From a bacterium (GTDB taxonomy: Bacteria > CLD3 > SB21), in contig JABWCP010000007.1 in assembly GCA_013360215.1 (NCBI GenBank), forward strand, positions 62,001 through 126,000: a stretch of 64,000 nucleotides of DNA, written 5' to 3'. Below the pieces are notes generated by a model. That model searched no databases. It had not been told where the DNA came from and saw nothing but the letters and a program-made list of their open reading frames with translations. Shown one piece after another: positions 1 to 10,547 of the stretch (position 1 is its first letter; each line of letters starts with the position of its first letter). Position numbers and translations under genes: made by a program.

Positions 1-129
1 TTATTTGAAGATGGTATGGGTTTACGTTTAAAAACCGCATTAGAAAATCTGGATGTTAACAGTCTCACGCCGCTGGATGCGCTCAATCATCTGAACAAGC
101 TCAAAGCCATTCTTACTGAACAACCTTAG
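1..129 (+). CDS. mutS: 3' end of DNA mismatch repair protein MutS (partial)
   Basis: Frame +1 reads LFEDGMGLRLKTALENLDVNSLTPLDALNHLNKLKAILTEQP*. 'LDVNSLTPLDAL' matches the MutS C-terminal oligomerisation motif. Stop overlaps the convergent recG stop. Confidence 0.75.
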   Translation, partial: LFEDGMGLRLKTALENLDVNSLTPLDALNHLNKLKAILTEQP

Positions 130-2240
130 CCGATCTGACTCAAATCCATCCGATCACGGTACGCCTCCAAAAATTTTTTCCGAACGGTTTTATGGGTAGC
201 GCTACGCAGTTGCGGATCAAGATTTACTATCGTAAAGGCGGCCTCTTTGGCAAGCGCCATCAATTCGCGATCTTCCACAATATTGGCTAAACGCAGTTCC
301 GGCATGCCGGATTGTTTGGTTCCAAAAAATTCACCCGGTCCTCGCAGTCGCAAATCTTCTTCCGCTATTTTAAATCCATCCGTCGTTTCTTCCATGATAC
401 GCAGTCGTTGTTCGGTTTCTTCCATCAGGTGATGTTTGCCGACCATCAGTATGCAGTACGATTGATCGGCGCCGCGACCTACACGTCCGCGCAACTGGTG
501 CATTTGGGTAAGCCCAAAGCGTTCGGCATGTTCGATGACCATGATCGTCGCGTTGGGGACGTTGACACCGACTTCGATCACCGTGGTGCTCACGAGTATG
601 TCCATAGCTTTCTTTTTGAAGTCGGCCATGACAGCTTGCTTTTCAGCGCTGCTCATTTTGCCGTGCAGCAATCCCAATTTCAGGTCGGGAAATTCGTCGG
701 TTTGCAAGTGTTCAAAATTTTCGGTGGCCGCCTTCAAATCTAATTTTTCTGATTCTTCGATGAGCGGATAGACAATATAACATTGCCGCCCGTTGCGGAT
801 TTCCTGGCGTATGAATTCGTAAATTTTCTTTCGCGCATCTTCGCGACGAATCGCCGTTTTGATGGGTTTACGTCCGGTGGGCAGTTCGCCGATCACGGAA
901 ATGTCCAGATCGCCGTACATCGCCATGGCCAAGGTGCGGGGAATCGGTGTGGCCGTCATGACCAGTACATCGGGGATAATGCCTTTATCCAGAGCTTTGG
1001 CACGAATTTCTGCTCGTTGCATGACACCGAATCGGTGCTGTTCGTCAATTACGACCAACCCTAATTTGGCAAACTCCACATGTTCCTGAAAAATCGCATG
1101 CGTACCGACAACGATATCAACCTGGCGTGTTCGGATGTCTTCGATGATTTTATTGCGCTCTGATTTTTTCTGCCCGCCTTTGATCAGCACCGCCTGGATA
1201 CCCATACCCCATAGATAATCCTGAATGACATAGTAGTGTTGCTCGGCGAGAATTTCCGTCGGCGCCATAAAAGCGGCCTGGTAACCGCTTTCGACGGCCG
1301 ATACGATGGCCAATAACGCTACGACGGTCTTACCGCTGCCGACGTCACCTTGGATCAATCGGTGCATCGGTTTGTCGGAGCGCATATCGGCATAAATTTC
1401 CTTGAGTACTTTGCGCTGTTCGTCGGTGAGTTTAAATGGTAATTTTTCGGCGAGCATTTTGGCTTTATCACCGGAATTAATAAATGGAATGCCGATTTGT
1501 GCATGGATGATCTGGCTTTTGCGGAAAGCCATCATGAGTTGAAGGTAAAATAATTCCTCAAATTTTATACGACGGACAGCGTCGGCAAGATCCTCGTGCG
1601 TGGAAGGATAATGAATATGGCGTAATGTTTTATCCAGCGGGGCAAGGGATAAATTATGAAGAAGTGATGCCGGTAACGTGTCTTCGACAAGGGATGCACA
1701 GTCCAGTACGGTAAAAATCAATCGCCGAAAACCGCGGCTGTCAAAACCCATACGCTTGAGCGATTCGGATGAAGGGTACTGCGGGATAATCGAGCCCGTA
1801 TGCATGAAGTTAACATTTTCATCGGCGTCCAGGCGATCAATTTCCGGATGTGCGATTTGTATTTCCCGATTGTAATAATCAATCTTGCCGTACACCGCTA
1901 ATGTTTCGCCGACTTCAAATGCTTTTTCGAAATACTGTGCTCCACGAAACCATACCAAGCTGATGGAGCCGGTCGGATCACTAAGAATGAGCCTAAAACG
2001 CGAACCTTTACCGCGGTGATTGCGAATCAGGGCAAAATTTTCCACTTGTCCGATGATGGTCACTTCCTCGTGAATACGTGCCTGACGTATACTGGTGATT
2101 TTGCTGCGGTCCAGATACCTGCGCGGATAATAATGGAGTAAATCCCACACGGTATGTAGGCCGATACCGGACAATGCTTCCGCACGTTTGGGGCCGACGC
2201 CTTTAAGAAATTTTATTTCAGTATGGAGATTTACCTGCAT
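126..2240 (-). CDS. recG: ATP-dependent DNA helicase RecG
   Basis: LKGVGPKRA N-terminus, QGDVGSGKT, MAPTEILAEQH, DEQHRFG, MTATPIPRTL, HQLRGRVGRG, DLRLRGPGE. Confidence 0.98.
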   Translation of the reverse strand: MQVNLHTEIKFLKGVGPKRAEALSGIGLHTVWDLLHYYPRRYLDRSKITSIRQARIHEEVTIIGQVENFALIRNHRGKGSRFRLILSDPTGSISLVWFRGAQYFEKAFEVGETLAVYGKIDYYNREIQIAHPEIDRLDADENVNFMHTGSIIPQYPSSESLKRMGFDSRGFRRLIFTVLDCASLVEDTLPASLLHNLSLAPLDKTLRHIHYPSTHEDLADAVRRIKFEELFYLQLMMAFRKSQIIHAQIGIPFINSGDKAKMLAEKLPFKLTDEQRKVLKEIYADMRSDKPMHRLIQGDVGSGKTVVALLAIVSAVESGYQAAFMAPTEILAEQHYYVIQDYLWGMGIQAVLIKGGQKKSERNKIIEDIRTRQVDIVVGTHAIFQEHVEFAKLGLVVIDEQHRFGVMQRAEIRAKALDKGIIPDVLVMTATPIPRTLAMAMYGDLDISVIGELPTGRKPIKTAIRREDARKKIYEFIRQEIRNGRQCYIVYPLIEESEKLDLKAATENFEHLQTDEFPDLKLGLLHGKMSSAEKQAVMADFKKKAMDILVSTTVIEVGVNVPNATIMVIEHAERFGLTQMHQLRGRVGRGADQSYCILMVGKHHLMEETEQRLRIMEETTDGFKIAEEDLRLRGPGEFFGTKQSGMPELRLANIVEDRELMALAKEAAFTIVNLDPQLRSATHKTVRKKFLEAYRDRMDLSQIG

Positions 2241-2334
2241 GCCTATAACGGTATTACGATCGTATTTTTTCGAGGAAACACATTGCTTACGAGGCCGCTG
2301 CTTCGTATTTTAACCCGTAAATTGAAAGAAAATC

Positions 2335-2739
2335 ATGATGATGTCAACCGAAGTCTCCGAAATCAAAAAACAGCACACGGTTTTGATCGTTGACGATGAA
2401 GACGAAGTGCGCGATATGTTACGGCGCATATTAAAGTTGTCATCGTACCGGGTGCTCGAAGCACAGAATGCGCAGGAAGCTATGGAAGTAGCTGTCCGTG
2501 AAAAACCGGATGTCATCACGATGGATATTATGATGCCCGATAAGGACGGCATCACGCTTTGCGAAGAAATCAAAGCCAATCCGCAAACCAAACATATACC
2601 GGTTGTCATGGTGACGGTCGTCGGCCAGCGTCAGCGCGCAATGACTGCAGGCGCCGATTATTTCATGAATAAGTTTTTCACCATTGATGAACTGGTATCG
2701 GTGATTGATAAACTTATCGCTGATAAACAAACCGCTTAA
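2335..2739 (+). CDS. Stand-alone response regulator receiver domain protein
   Basis: VLIVDDE, phosphoacceptor in DIMMP, PVVMVT, GADYFMNKFF. No output domain. Confidence 0.9.
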   Translation: MMMSTEVSEIKKQHTVLIVDDEDEVRDMLRRILKLSSYRVLEAQNAQEAMEVAVREKPDVITMDIMMPDKDGITLCEEIKANPQTKHIPVVMVTVVGQRQRAMTAGADYFMNKFFTIDELVSVIDKLIADKQTA

Positions 2740-2745
2740 AACATG

Positions 2746-3885
2746 CTACCCCACAATATGAACTTTTGTGTTTTTTCCGATACCGATATAGTTTGATTTT
2801 TCCTCTGTCTCTGCCAGTTGCACCACGTCATAACGTTCAATTTTCCTAAATGCCGAATTGTCGTCGGATTTATCGCGTTTGTTCATACTGTACGCACAAC
2901 GTCCGCGGTCATTGCAACCGAAAACCCGTATTCTTCCTTTTTCTTCAAACCGTTCGCTGACAACCCGTACAGTAGAGAGAAAATCACGATTTCCGATCGT
3001 TACATCGCTCAGATGGATATCGCGTTTGCCCATGACGATATACGTGAACTTGAGCGACTGGCGAATATGGCCCGTCATGCCATCCAGTACACGAATAAAT
3101 TCAGGCCGTTGCCACGGTACATCATGGTGACACCAGTCGGTTTTCTCCGTAAGCGCGGGGCAAGGGTTGCTTGTAAAACAAGGGCTGTATAAAAACCAGC
3201 CTTCCTTTAGCATGCGATCACGAAATGTCAGAAGCCGCCGTGATAAATCCATCAGCGCCGGTTCGATCCAAATCACCAAACCATCCTGAGCCAACGCCGC
3301 ATCAAGCCAAGGAAGAATATGCGATTCGGCATCGGGTTCCAACTCATTGAGGACATTGCCTGCGGTGATTAAATCAAATTTATTTTCGGACGGTACCGCG
3401 TGATTAAGATTTAAGATTTGTGTACGAAGCGGATAGGGCAGCGCGAGGGCTTTGTAAAACGCGGATAATGTATCCAGTGACGAAGAAGCGTAATCCGATG
3501 CCGTCAGCTCGGCTGTCAGCGTTGTTTCGTTTTTCAGCCAATAGGCCAGTCCCAGTAACATGCTGCCGGTTCCGGATCCTGCATCCAAAACGCGGAGATT
3601 TTTTTTCTGATTAAAAAAATCCGACTTTTGGATTTCTGCAAGCGGGATGTGAATCTTAGGAAAATTGATGCTGCCGTAATAAAGCAGATATGCGTCACGA
3701 AAAACTTTTTGATCGAGATAGATCCGGCGAATAAATTCGGAACGCTTGTTTTTTTTCTTAAGTCCCTCTGAGATATCCGTGATCGCCTCAGCAAAAGGCT
3801 TGAGTGTGCGTGGAATCGGCTCGTCAAGGTGAAGTTGCAAAAAATCACCCAGGCGCTGAATATAATCGTCCGGCAAATAAAGCAT
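2746..3885 (-). CDS. SAM-dependent methyltransferase, Rsm22/METTL17-like
   Basis: AYLLYY, VLDAGSGTG motif I, DLITAGNVLNEL, IEPA, 'PC...PCP...WCH' cluster. Start set at the ATG of MLYLPDD because the longer ORF overlaps serS. Confidence 0.75.
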   Translation of the reverse strand: MLYLPDDYIQRLGDFLQLHLDEPIPRTLKPFAEAITDISEGLKKKNKRSEFIRRIYLDQKVFRDAYLLYYGSINFPKIHIPLAEIQKSDFFNQKKNLRVLDAGSGTGSMLLGLAYWLKNETTLTAELTASDYASSSLDTLSAFYKALALPYPLRTQILNLNHAVPSENKFDLITAGNVLNELEPDAESHILPWLDAALAQDGLVIWIEPALMDLSRRLLTFRDRMLKEGWFLYSPCFTSNPCPALTEKTDWCHHDVPWQRPEFIRVLDGMTGHIRQSLKFTYIVMGKRDIHLSDVTIGNRDFLSTVRVVSERFEEKGRIRVFGCNDRGRCAYSMNKRDKSDDNSAFRKIERYDVVQLAETEEKSNYIGIGKNTKVHIVG

Positions 3886-3958
3886 TACCCAATTTCCCGT
3901 TCGCAAAGAAATCCGAAATAATATAGAACAGTAAAGTTCGGCGATCCCGTTGCGATCA

Positions 3959-5233
3959 TTATGTCGTAGCGCTGATGATATCCATGCCCATATATTTGCG
4001 CAAGACCTGCGGCACCATGATCGTGCCTTCATCCGTCTGATAATTTTCCATAATGGCGGCGACGATACGCGGCAAGGCCAAGCCCGATCCGTTGAGCGTA
4101 TGCACAAACTCCGGTTTTCCCGTTTGGTTGTCTTTGTATCGTATATTCATGCGCCGTGCCTGAAACGATTCAAAATTGGAACAGGAGGAAACTTCCAACC
4201 AGCGTTTTTGCCCTGCGGCCCAAACTTCTAAATCGTATTTTTTAGTTTGCGTAAAACCCATATCTCCGCGACACATCAGCAGTGTGCGGTAAGGCAACTG
4301 CAATGCTTGCAATAAACGTTCGGCATCCATTCGCAGTGATTCGAGTTCATCGTACGAGGTATCAGGGTGAACGAATTTTACGAGTTCTATTTTGTCAAAC
4401 TGATGCAAGCGGTTCAGTCCGCGCACATCTTTGCCATACGAACCGGCTTCACGTCGGAAACAAGGGGTATAGGCGGCATATTTGATTGGCAATTGTTCCG
4501 CTTTCAGCGTCATTTCGCGATGGATATTGGTAACCGGCACTTCCGCGGTAGGAATCAGAAAAAATTCATCGCGTGTCACGACATACATCTGATCTTCTTT
4601 ATCGGGTAATTGACCGGTACCGGTTGCCGAATCGGTATTGACGACGATCGGTGGTTGCACTTCGGTATAACCATTATCGGCCGCGGAATCCAGGAAGAAA
4701 TTAATCAATGCCCGTTGCAGTTTGGCACCGGCGCCGCGGTAAACCGGGAAACCTGCACCGGCTATCTTGACGCCCGTTGCAAAATCAATCAAGTTATGTT
4801 TTTCGGCCAATTCCCAATGCGGTTTGAGTTCGAAATCCGCCGTCGGCAGCGTGCCCCAAGTAAAGATTGTTTGATTGTCTTCCGGTGAACTGCCTTGCGG
4901 CGCGGAAGGGTGAGGTACATTAGGAATGGTCAGCAATACATCGCGCAGATTTTTTTCGATCACTTTGAGCTGTTCATCCAGAGCTTTGATTTCTTCGCCG
5001 ACAGATTTGGTTTCGGCGATGACGGCATCGGCATTTTGTCCGGCTTTTTTGAGTTTGGCCACTTCTTCGGAAGCTTTATTGCGTCGGGCTTTCAGATCCT
5101 CGACTTTACGAATAACAACTTTGCGTTCGTCATCCCAACGAATGACGGCATCCACGTCGGCTTCAAACTTTTTTTCTTTGGCCGCGGTTTTTACAAGCTC
5201 CGTATGGTCACGGATAAATTTCAAGTCTAGCAT
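3959..5233 (-). CDS. serS: Serine--tRNA ligase
   Basis: MLDLKFIR, LIPTAEVP, FRREAGSYG, GLNRLHQFDKIE, EVSSCSN, HTLNGSGLA. Confidence 0.99.
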   Translation of the reverse strand: MLDLKFIRDHTELVKTAAKEKKFEADVDAVIRWDDERKVVIRKVEDLKARRNKASEEVAKLKKAGQNADAVIAETKSVGEEIKALDEQLKVIEKNLRDVLLTIPNVPHPSAPQGSSPEDNQTIFTWGTLPTADFELKPHWELAEKHNLIDFATGVKIAGAGFPVYRGAGAKLQRALINFFLDSAADNGYTEVQPPIVVNTDSATGTGQLPDKEDQMYVVTRDEFFLIPTAEVPVTNIHREMTLKAEQLPIKYAAYTPCFRREAGSYGKDVRGLNRLHQFDKIELVKFVHPDTSYDELESLRMDAERLLQALQLPYRTLLMCRGDMGFTQTKKYDLEVWAAGQKRWLEVSSCSNFESFQARRMNIRYKDNQTGKPEFVHTLNGSGLALPRIVAAIMENYQTDEGTIMVPQVLRKYMGMDIISATT

Positions 5234-5436
5234 ATTTCCTCAAAACATTTTGCAAGTGTGAACGTACTGTATATTGACTATACGCCAACATATCAAAACT
5301 TGCCGTGTAATTCAAATCGAAATTGGGGATCCCAAGGTATGCATAGCGGTTCAGGGTCTGCAGTTTACTCTTGCACAAAGTGTCTTTGACGAATATCTTT
5401 TTTCTATAACCATCGAAAAATTCAAAAGAGGTTCGC

Positions 5437-7353
5437 ATGTATAAAACGATGTCCGCGTTGATCGTTATGGGTTTGTTTTGGTCGGCCTGCCGCCCGTCGG
5501 CTTTACCCCCGTTGCCCAAAGTATATGATCCGCATTCCAATGCCCGCGCCGACCAGGCGTACGTAACACATATGGCGCTTAACGTACGTGTGGATTTTGA
5601 TAATAAGCAGATTTCAGGCAAAGCTACCTTTGATGTGGTGGTGTCCGATAAAAACACGTTGATGCTGACCTTAGATACGCGCGGCCTGACGATTGATTCT
5701 GTCAAGCTGGATCAGGAATCGTCCATGGCCAATTACGCGTTGGATGCGGATATTCCGAATTCCGATTATGCGAGTGATAGTTCGGCCATACAAATATCGT
5801 CGGCGCAAGCCACGATGGGTCAAGCCCTGCGTATATTCGTAGCACCTACAACTAAAGAAGTGCATGTATATTATCGTACGGGTCATGAAGCCGACGCTTT
5901 GCAATGGTTGGCACCCGCGCAAACGGAAGGTCAAAAGAAGCCTTTTTTATTTACACAATCGCAACCGAATCTAGCAAGGACGTGGTTTCCCTGTCAAGAT
6001 AGTCCCGGCATACGCATGACGTACGAAGCGCGCGTACAAGTACCGCCCGGTTTGATGGCCGTGATGAGCGCCGAAGGCGATACCATTTTGCATGCCGACG
6101 GTATCTATCAATTTCGAATGGCACACGCCATACCGTCGTATTTGGTGGCGTTGGCGGTCGGTGATTTTGGTTTTCGATCCTTGGGACCTCGTAGCGGCGT
6201 GTATGCGGAACACACGATGCTAGCGCGTGCGGCTGCAGAATTTACCGATGTCGAAGCGATGATCGCCGCGGCCGAAAAACTGTATGGGCCTTATCTGTGG
6301 GGACGTTACGATCTGATCGTACTTCCGCCGAGTTTCCCGTACGGCGGTATGGAAAATCCGATGATGACTTTTGCTACGCCGACGATCATTGCAGGTGATC
6401 GTTCGCTGGTTTCTCTGGTTGCGCACGAATTGGCACACTCATGGTCCGGTAATCTTGTCACCAATGCGACATGGGGTGATATATGGATCAACGAAGGTTT
6501 TACTACATATTTTGAGCGACGCATTGACGAAGCCGTATTTGGCCGTTCATTTTCCGAAATGGAAGCGCATCTGGGGCATCAGGATATGCAAGCGGCATTA
6601 AAAGAATTGGGTACGGAAAGCCCATTGACCAAACTGCGATTGGATCTGAATGATCTGGATCCGGATGCCGGTCATTCCGGAATTATTTATGATAAAGGGT
6701 ATCACTTTTTGCGTTTTATGGAGGAGCAGATCGGTCGTGATAGATGGGATGCTTTTCTCAGGAAGTACTTCGCCACATTTGCTTTTCAATCCATGACTTC
6801 GGAACGCCTGATGAATTATATGCGCACGGAGCTCATTCGCGGCGATCGTGCGTTGGAAGAAAAACTCCAACTCGATCAGTGGATATTGGGTACAGGTTTG
6901 CCGTCGGTTTGCCCGGTGCCGCAATCGGATGCTTTTACTAAAGTCGAAGAAGAAGTAAAAAAATGGAAGTCGGGTGTACCCGCAAAACAACTACTGACTT
7001 CATCGTGGCAGACCCAACAGTGGATGCACTTTTTAAGGTTGTTGCCGGAGAATATGAAAACAGCGCAACTCACAAGTTTGGATGAAGCTTTTAACTTTAC
7101 GCGTTCGGGTAATGCAGAAATACAATTTGAATGGTTCCAACATGTGATAACGCATAAATATACACCCGCTTACGCGCGTCTGGAACACTATCTTACGCAT
7201 ATCGGGCGGCGCAAATTAGTATTTCCATTGTACCGTAAGATGGCATCCGATCCGGAAATGCGCATCATGGCCAAGCGTATTTACGCTGTGGCGCGGCGGG
7301 GTTATCACCCGGTGACGTATGGTTCTATTGATGAAATTTTGTTAAAAAAATAG
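5437..7353 (+). CDS. M1 family aminopeptidase (leukotriene-A4-hydrolase-like), probable lipoprotein
   Basis: GGMEN and HELAH...NEG zinc motifs, C-terminal GRRKLVFPLY, lipobox-like WSAC. Confidence 0.93.
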   Translation: MYKTMSALIVMGLFWSACRPSALPPLPKVYDPHSNARADQAYVTHMALNVRVDFDNKQISGKATFDVVVSDKNTLMLTLDTRGLTIDSVKLDQESSMANYALDADIPNSDYASDSSAIQISSAQATMGQALRIFVAPTTKEVHVYYRTGHEADALQWLAPAQTEGQKKPFLFTQSQPNLARTWFPCQDSPGIRMTYEARVQVPPGLMAVMSAEGDTILHADGIYQFRMAHAIPSYLVALAVGDFGFRSLGPRSGVYAEHTMLARAAAEFTDVEAMIAAAEKLYGPYLWGRYDLIVLPPSFPYGGMENPMMTFATPTIIAGDRSLVSLVAHELAHSWSGNLVTNATWGDIWINEGFTTYFERRIDEAVFGRSFSEMEAHLGHQDMQAALKELGTESPLTKLRLDLNDLDPDAGHSGIIYDKGYHFLRFMEEQIGRDRWDAFLRKYFATFAFQSMTSERLMNYMRTELIRGDRALEEKLQLDQWILGTGLPSVCPVPQSDAFTKVEEEVKKWKSGVPAKQLLTSSWQTQQWMHFLRLLPENMKTAQLTSLDEAFNFTRSGNAEIQFEWFQHVITHKYTPAYARLEHYLTHIGRRKLVFPLYRKMASDPEMRIMAKRIYAVARRGYHPVTYGSIDEILLKK

Positions 7354-7364
7354 AGAAAAAATTT

Positions 7365-8678
7365 TCACAAACGCCCGCGGGCTTTGATGTCAAGATAGAG
7401 GTTGATCACGGCGGAATGGAAATGATCCGGCATGGCATCAATTACGAGTGCGCCGCGTGAGCGCGCAAAGGCGATGGCTTCATCGCGTTCGCGCAAAAGT
7501 TCAGCCGTTACGCCTTTTTCAAAAGCCGAGTCACTTTGCGTTACCGGTCGCTGGAGTACCTCCGTCAGCGCTTTGTCTTTCATCAAAATGAATACGGGCA
7601 GATGTTTAGGGTACAGTGTAGCCATACTGCCGAGCAGAATTTGAGACGAATAGCGATCCACGATTTCCGTAAAAACTAAGATTAGAGCGCGGTGTCTTTG
7701 GCGTCGCTGCAGCCATTGGAAGGCTGTCGTATAATCCGATTCGGTTCGTTCCAGTTGAGCGGTATATAGACTTTCGGCTATAAGGGCTCGTTGGGATGCG
7801 TTTTTTTTAGGTAAAAGAAAAGAATGAACGGCAGAACCGAATAACATCAGTCCGACCGCGTCACCGTGAGCGATACATACTTGGGTCATGCGTGCCGCGG
7901 CGTTGACGGCGTGATCGAGTTTACTGAGACCAAACGCCTCGCTGCCCATGAGTCGCCCGGTGTCTATCAAGAGCATGATGTGTTGTGCGCGTTCCATCTG
8001 GAATTGATTGGCCATCCATTTCCCGCTGCGCGCGGAGGCCGACCAGTTAATTTTGCGGTACTCATCATCGGGGGTATATTCCCTCAAGCTTTCAAATTCT
8101 GTTCCTGCTCCGTAACGCCGGACTGAACGTTGGGAGGTCAAAACGTTTCGTTTGCTTACCGAGAGCAACGCCGGCTGAGTATGCATACGAAAATCGGGGT
8201 ATACTTGAACAGTCTGCTCCGATGCAAACGCATAACGTTTGCGTACAAGATCGAAAAAGGCACCTTTTACTTCGATCGTAGTAGTATGAAATAAAAAAAC
8301 ACCGCGATGCATCGGATAAACGTCATACGTCAATCGGATAGCTCGTTGTGGTGGCAACGTATCTTGAAAATTTACTTCACGCATTTGCCATATGTCCGGC
8401 GGTTCATCGTGTATTCGGATAAACCAAGACCGCGTGGATCGGCTTTGAATTTCCAGTACAACGGTATTTCGAACGCCCACGGCCATTTTTTTCGGATAAG
8501 ACCTGTGCACAGAAAATGATGATCGTACCGGGAATGAACGCAATTCGATGAGCAATCCGGTAACAAGTAATAGCAGCAGCATCCATCCGGCGAATATTAA
8601 TGCCGGCATATAGGTGCCCAGGATAAAAGCCAAAGCCGCACCTACTAAAATGATGGAAGTTCTTTCCGTAAAAATCAT
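7365..8678 (-). CDS. DUF58 / vWA-domain membrane protein
   Basis: GTEFESLREY..DEYRKINW.ASAR, LLIDTGRLM MIDAS-like motif, N-terminal TM helices. Confidence 0.88.
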   Translation of the reverse strand: MIFTERTSIILVGAALAFILGTYMPALIFAGWMLLLLLVTGLLIELRSFPVRSSFSVHRSYPKKMAVGVRNTVVLEIQSRSTRSWFIRIHDEPPDIWQMREVNFQDTLPPQRAIRLTYDVYPMHRGVFLFHTTTIEVKGAFFDLVRKRYAFASEQTVQVYPDFRMHTQPALLSVSKRNVLTSQRSVRRYGAGTEFESLREYTPDDEYRKINWSASARSGKWMANQFQMERAQHIMLLIDTGRLMGSEAFGLSKLDHAVNAAARMTQVCIAHGDAVGLMLFGSAVHSFLLPKKNASQRALIAESLYTAQLERTESDYTTAFQWLQRRQRHRALILVFTEIVDRYSSQILLGSMATLYPKHLPVFILMKDKALTEVLQRPVTQSDSAFEKGVTAELLRERDEAIAFARSRGALVIDAMPDHFHSAVINLYLDIKARGRL

Positions 8679-8788
8679 AGCCTAAGTTCCACGAGATAAA
8701 GGCGAAAATCAAATAAAAAATCATTGCTCCGACAAAGACATGCCATTAGATTGCGTAACCGTCTTATCATTGTAGAAAGGAAAATCGT

Positions 8789-9193
8789 ATGACACGTAAG
8801 TTATCCCGTGCACAGTTTCTTAAACTTTTCTCCGGTGTTTTTTTGTTTTTTGGTATGAGCCAATGGATGTTGTCCTGCGCGTCTGAAAAAAATTCTGATG
8901 ATGACGATGGCGACAATGGTGGCGGGGGTACGGATCCGAAGCCGGATTGTATCAATGCAGGCACAAATATTTCGATAAGCGGAAATCACGGGCATACGTT
9001 ATCCGTATCTAAAGCGGATGTGGCAGCCGGCACGGAGAAAACATACAACATCACAGGTTCATCGGCACATAGCCATTCCGTGACGATAACGGCAGAACAT
9101 TTTGCGCAGCTTGCAGCGAATACTTCGATTGTTATTACCAGTACGCCGAGCGGCCATAGCCATCAGGTAACGGTAAGTTGTGCTTTGACTTGA
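8789..9193 (+). CDS. His-rich exported lipoprotein, probable metal-binding
   Basis: Tat-like SRAQFLK, lipobox LSC, three HxH motifs (NHGH, HSH, HSH), two further Cys. Confidence 0.7.
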   Translation: MTRKLSRAQFLKLFSGVFLFFGMSQWMLSCASEKNSDDDDGDNGGGGTDPKPDCINAGTNISISGNHGHTLSVSKADVAAGTEKTYNITGSSAHSHSVTITAEHFAQLAANTSIVITSTPSGHSHQVTVSCALT

Positions 9194-9217
9194 GAAAACA
9201 AATTAGATATAAAAGAT

Positions 9218-9246
9218 AAAACCCGGTTTTTTAGCCGGGTTTTTTT
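9218..9246. terminator. Bidirectional intrinsic terminator between the lipoprotein gene and tRNA-Ser
   Basis: AAAACCCGGTT-TTT-AGCCGGGTTTTTTT hairpin with A and T tracts on either side. Confidence 0.8.
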
Positions 9247-9251
9247 GTGGG

Positions 9252-9338
9252 CGGAGAGGGTGAGATTCGAACTCACGAAACCCTTGCGGGTTTACCGGTT
9301 TTCGAGACCGGCTCCTTCAACCACTCGGACACCTCTCC
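9252..9338 (-). tRNA. tRNA-Ser (anticodon CGA)
   Basis: Minus strand: GGAGAGG/CCTCTCC acceptor stem, CCGGT-CTCGAAA-ACCGG anticodon arm, long variable arm AAACCC-GCAA-GGGTTT, TTCGAAT T-loop, G discriminator followed by CCCA. Confidence 0.97.
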
Positions 9339-9494
9339 AAAGAAAAACTTCATTTTTTAAAAGCGGGTAACGATACAGAATCATGTTCTGAAAATCAAAT
9401 ATTTTTTAGATAAATTTGAATTTCCGAGATGCAAAATAGAGTGTTTATTACTAAGGTATCGATGTATTTACTTTCATAATGAGCAAAGTATGTA

Positions 9495-9511
9495 TGACGA
9501 AATTTCCGTCA
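9495..9511. promoter_or_regulatory. Palindrome TGACG-N7-CGTCA upstream of the yihY-kinase operon
   Basis: TGACGAAATTTCCGTCA, just upstream of a TTGCAT-17-TACTTT promoter-like pair. A similar site lies at 19471-19487. Confidence 0.4.
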
Positions 9512-9569
9512 AAACTTGCATACGTAAATAAATGTTTTTACTTTGTTTTAAATCAAAATTAGTGATTCC

Positions 9570-10547
9570 ATGAAAAAGACGACGATAGCGATAGTCAAAA
9601 AATTTCGCCGCTTTATTGTTTGGTGGATCGAATTTTTGGGTTGGTTATACAAAACGCCCGTGATGTATTATTTACAGCAACTGCAGCAACGTATTTTTGA
9701 TCGCCATAAACTTACAACCAATGCAGCGGCCATTTCTTTTTTCTTTTTATTATCCATTATCCCTTTGCTTTTTATTGTGCTTTCGATTATCGCGTCGTTT
9801 GTGCAATCGCCCGAAGAAGCGCAAGCCTATATTTCGGAAACCTTGACGAACCGGGTTCCCGACACGGCGCGTGATTTTGTGTTACAATTGATTCAGAAAA
9901 GCAATCTTACCGAATCCGTCACATCGATACTTGAGAATAAAGGCTGGATCAGCCTTGTCAGTATTGGTTCGCTACTTTGGACAAGCAGTGGTGCGTTTGC
10001 CGCGATCGAAGATGCAATGTCTACGATATTCGGTGTACGGGGCCGAAACTACTTTGTCAGTCGTTTAGTCGAAATGGGTATGGTCGTTCTCATCGGCTGC
10101 CTCTTTCTGCTTTCGAGCCTGATCAGCGGGATTATTCACTGGCTACAGGAAAATCATATCACTTTTTTTCAAATTGATTTTTCAAACCTACCGTACGTTT
10201 GGGATATTATTACAAACGCTTTGCCGTATGTGCTCATCGTGCTGACGTTTTATGTCACGTATAAAATTTTACCCAAAACAGAAATCTATGATCGTGCGGC
10301 GATGCTCGGTGCGCTGGTAGCGAGCGTGCTGCTGGAATTGACGCTTTATGGTTTTAGTTATTATGTGCAGAATTTTGCAAAATATAATGTGTTTTACGGA
10401 TCCGTTGCCGGTGTGGTGATTTCTGTTTTTACGATTTATTTGGCTTCCATTATTTTACTTGTCGGTGCGGAAATAACCGAAATTGCCAATACGCGTTTGG
10501 AGAACGAGCGCGAATTGGCGCAGACCATAAGAGAGTTTGAGTCATGA
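9570..10547 (+). CDS. YihY/BrkB family inner-membrane protein
   Basis: AAAISFFFLLSIIP, LLWTSS, YNVFYGSVAGV, ILLVGAEI, about 6 TM segments. Confidence 0.92.
   Translation: MKKTTIAIVKKFRRFIVWWIEFLGWLYKTPVMYYLQQLQQRIFDRHKLTTNAAAISFFFLLSIIPLLFIVLSIIASFVQSPEEAQAYISETLTNRVPDTARDFVLQLIQKSNLTESVTSILENKGWISLVSIGSLLWTSSGAFAAIEDAMSTIFGVRGRNYFVSRLVEMGMVVLIGCLFLLSSLISGIIHWLQENHITFFQIDFSNLPYVWDIITNALPYVLIVLTFYVTYKILPKTEIYDRAAMLGALVASVLLELTLYGFSYYVQNFAKYNVFYGSVAGVVISVFTIYLASIILLVGAEITEIANTRLENERELAQTIREFES

Noticed and set aside
3886-4107. N-terminal extension of the methyltransferase ORF
   Set aside because: It overlaps serS in another frame. The ATG at 3885 gives a sensible start.
9248-9340. Integrative element at tRNA-Ser
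   Set aside because: No integrase and no duplicated tRNA 3' end were seen in the window.
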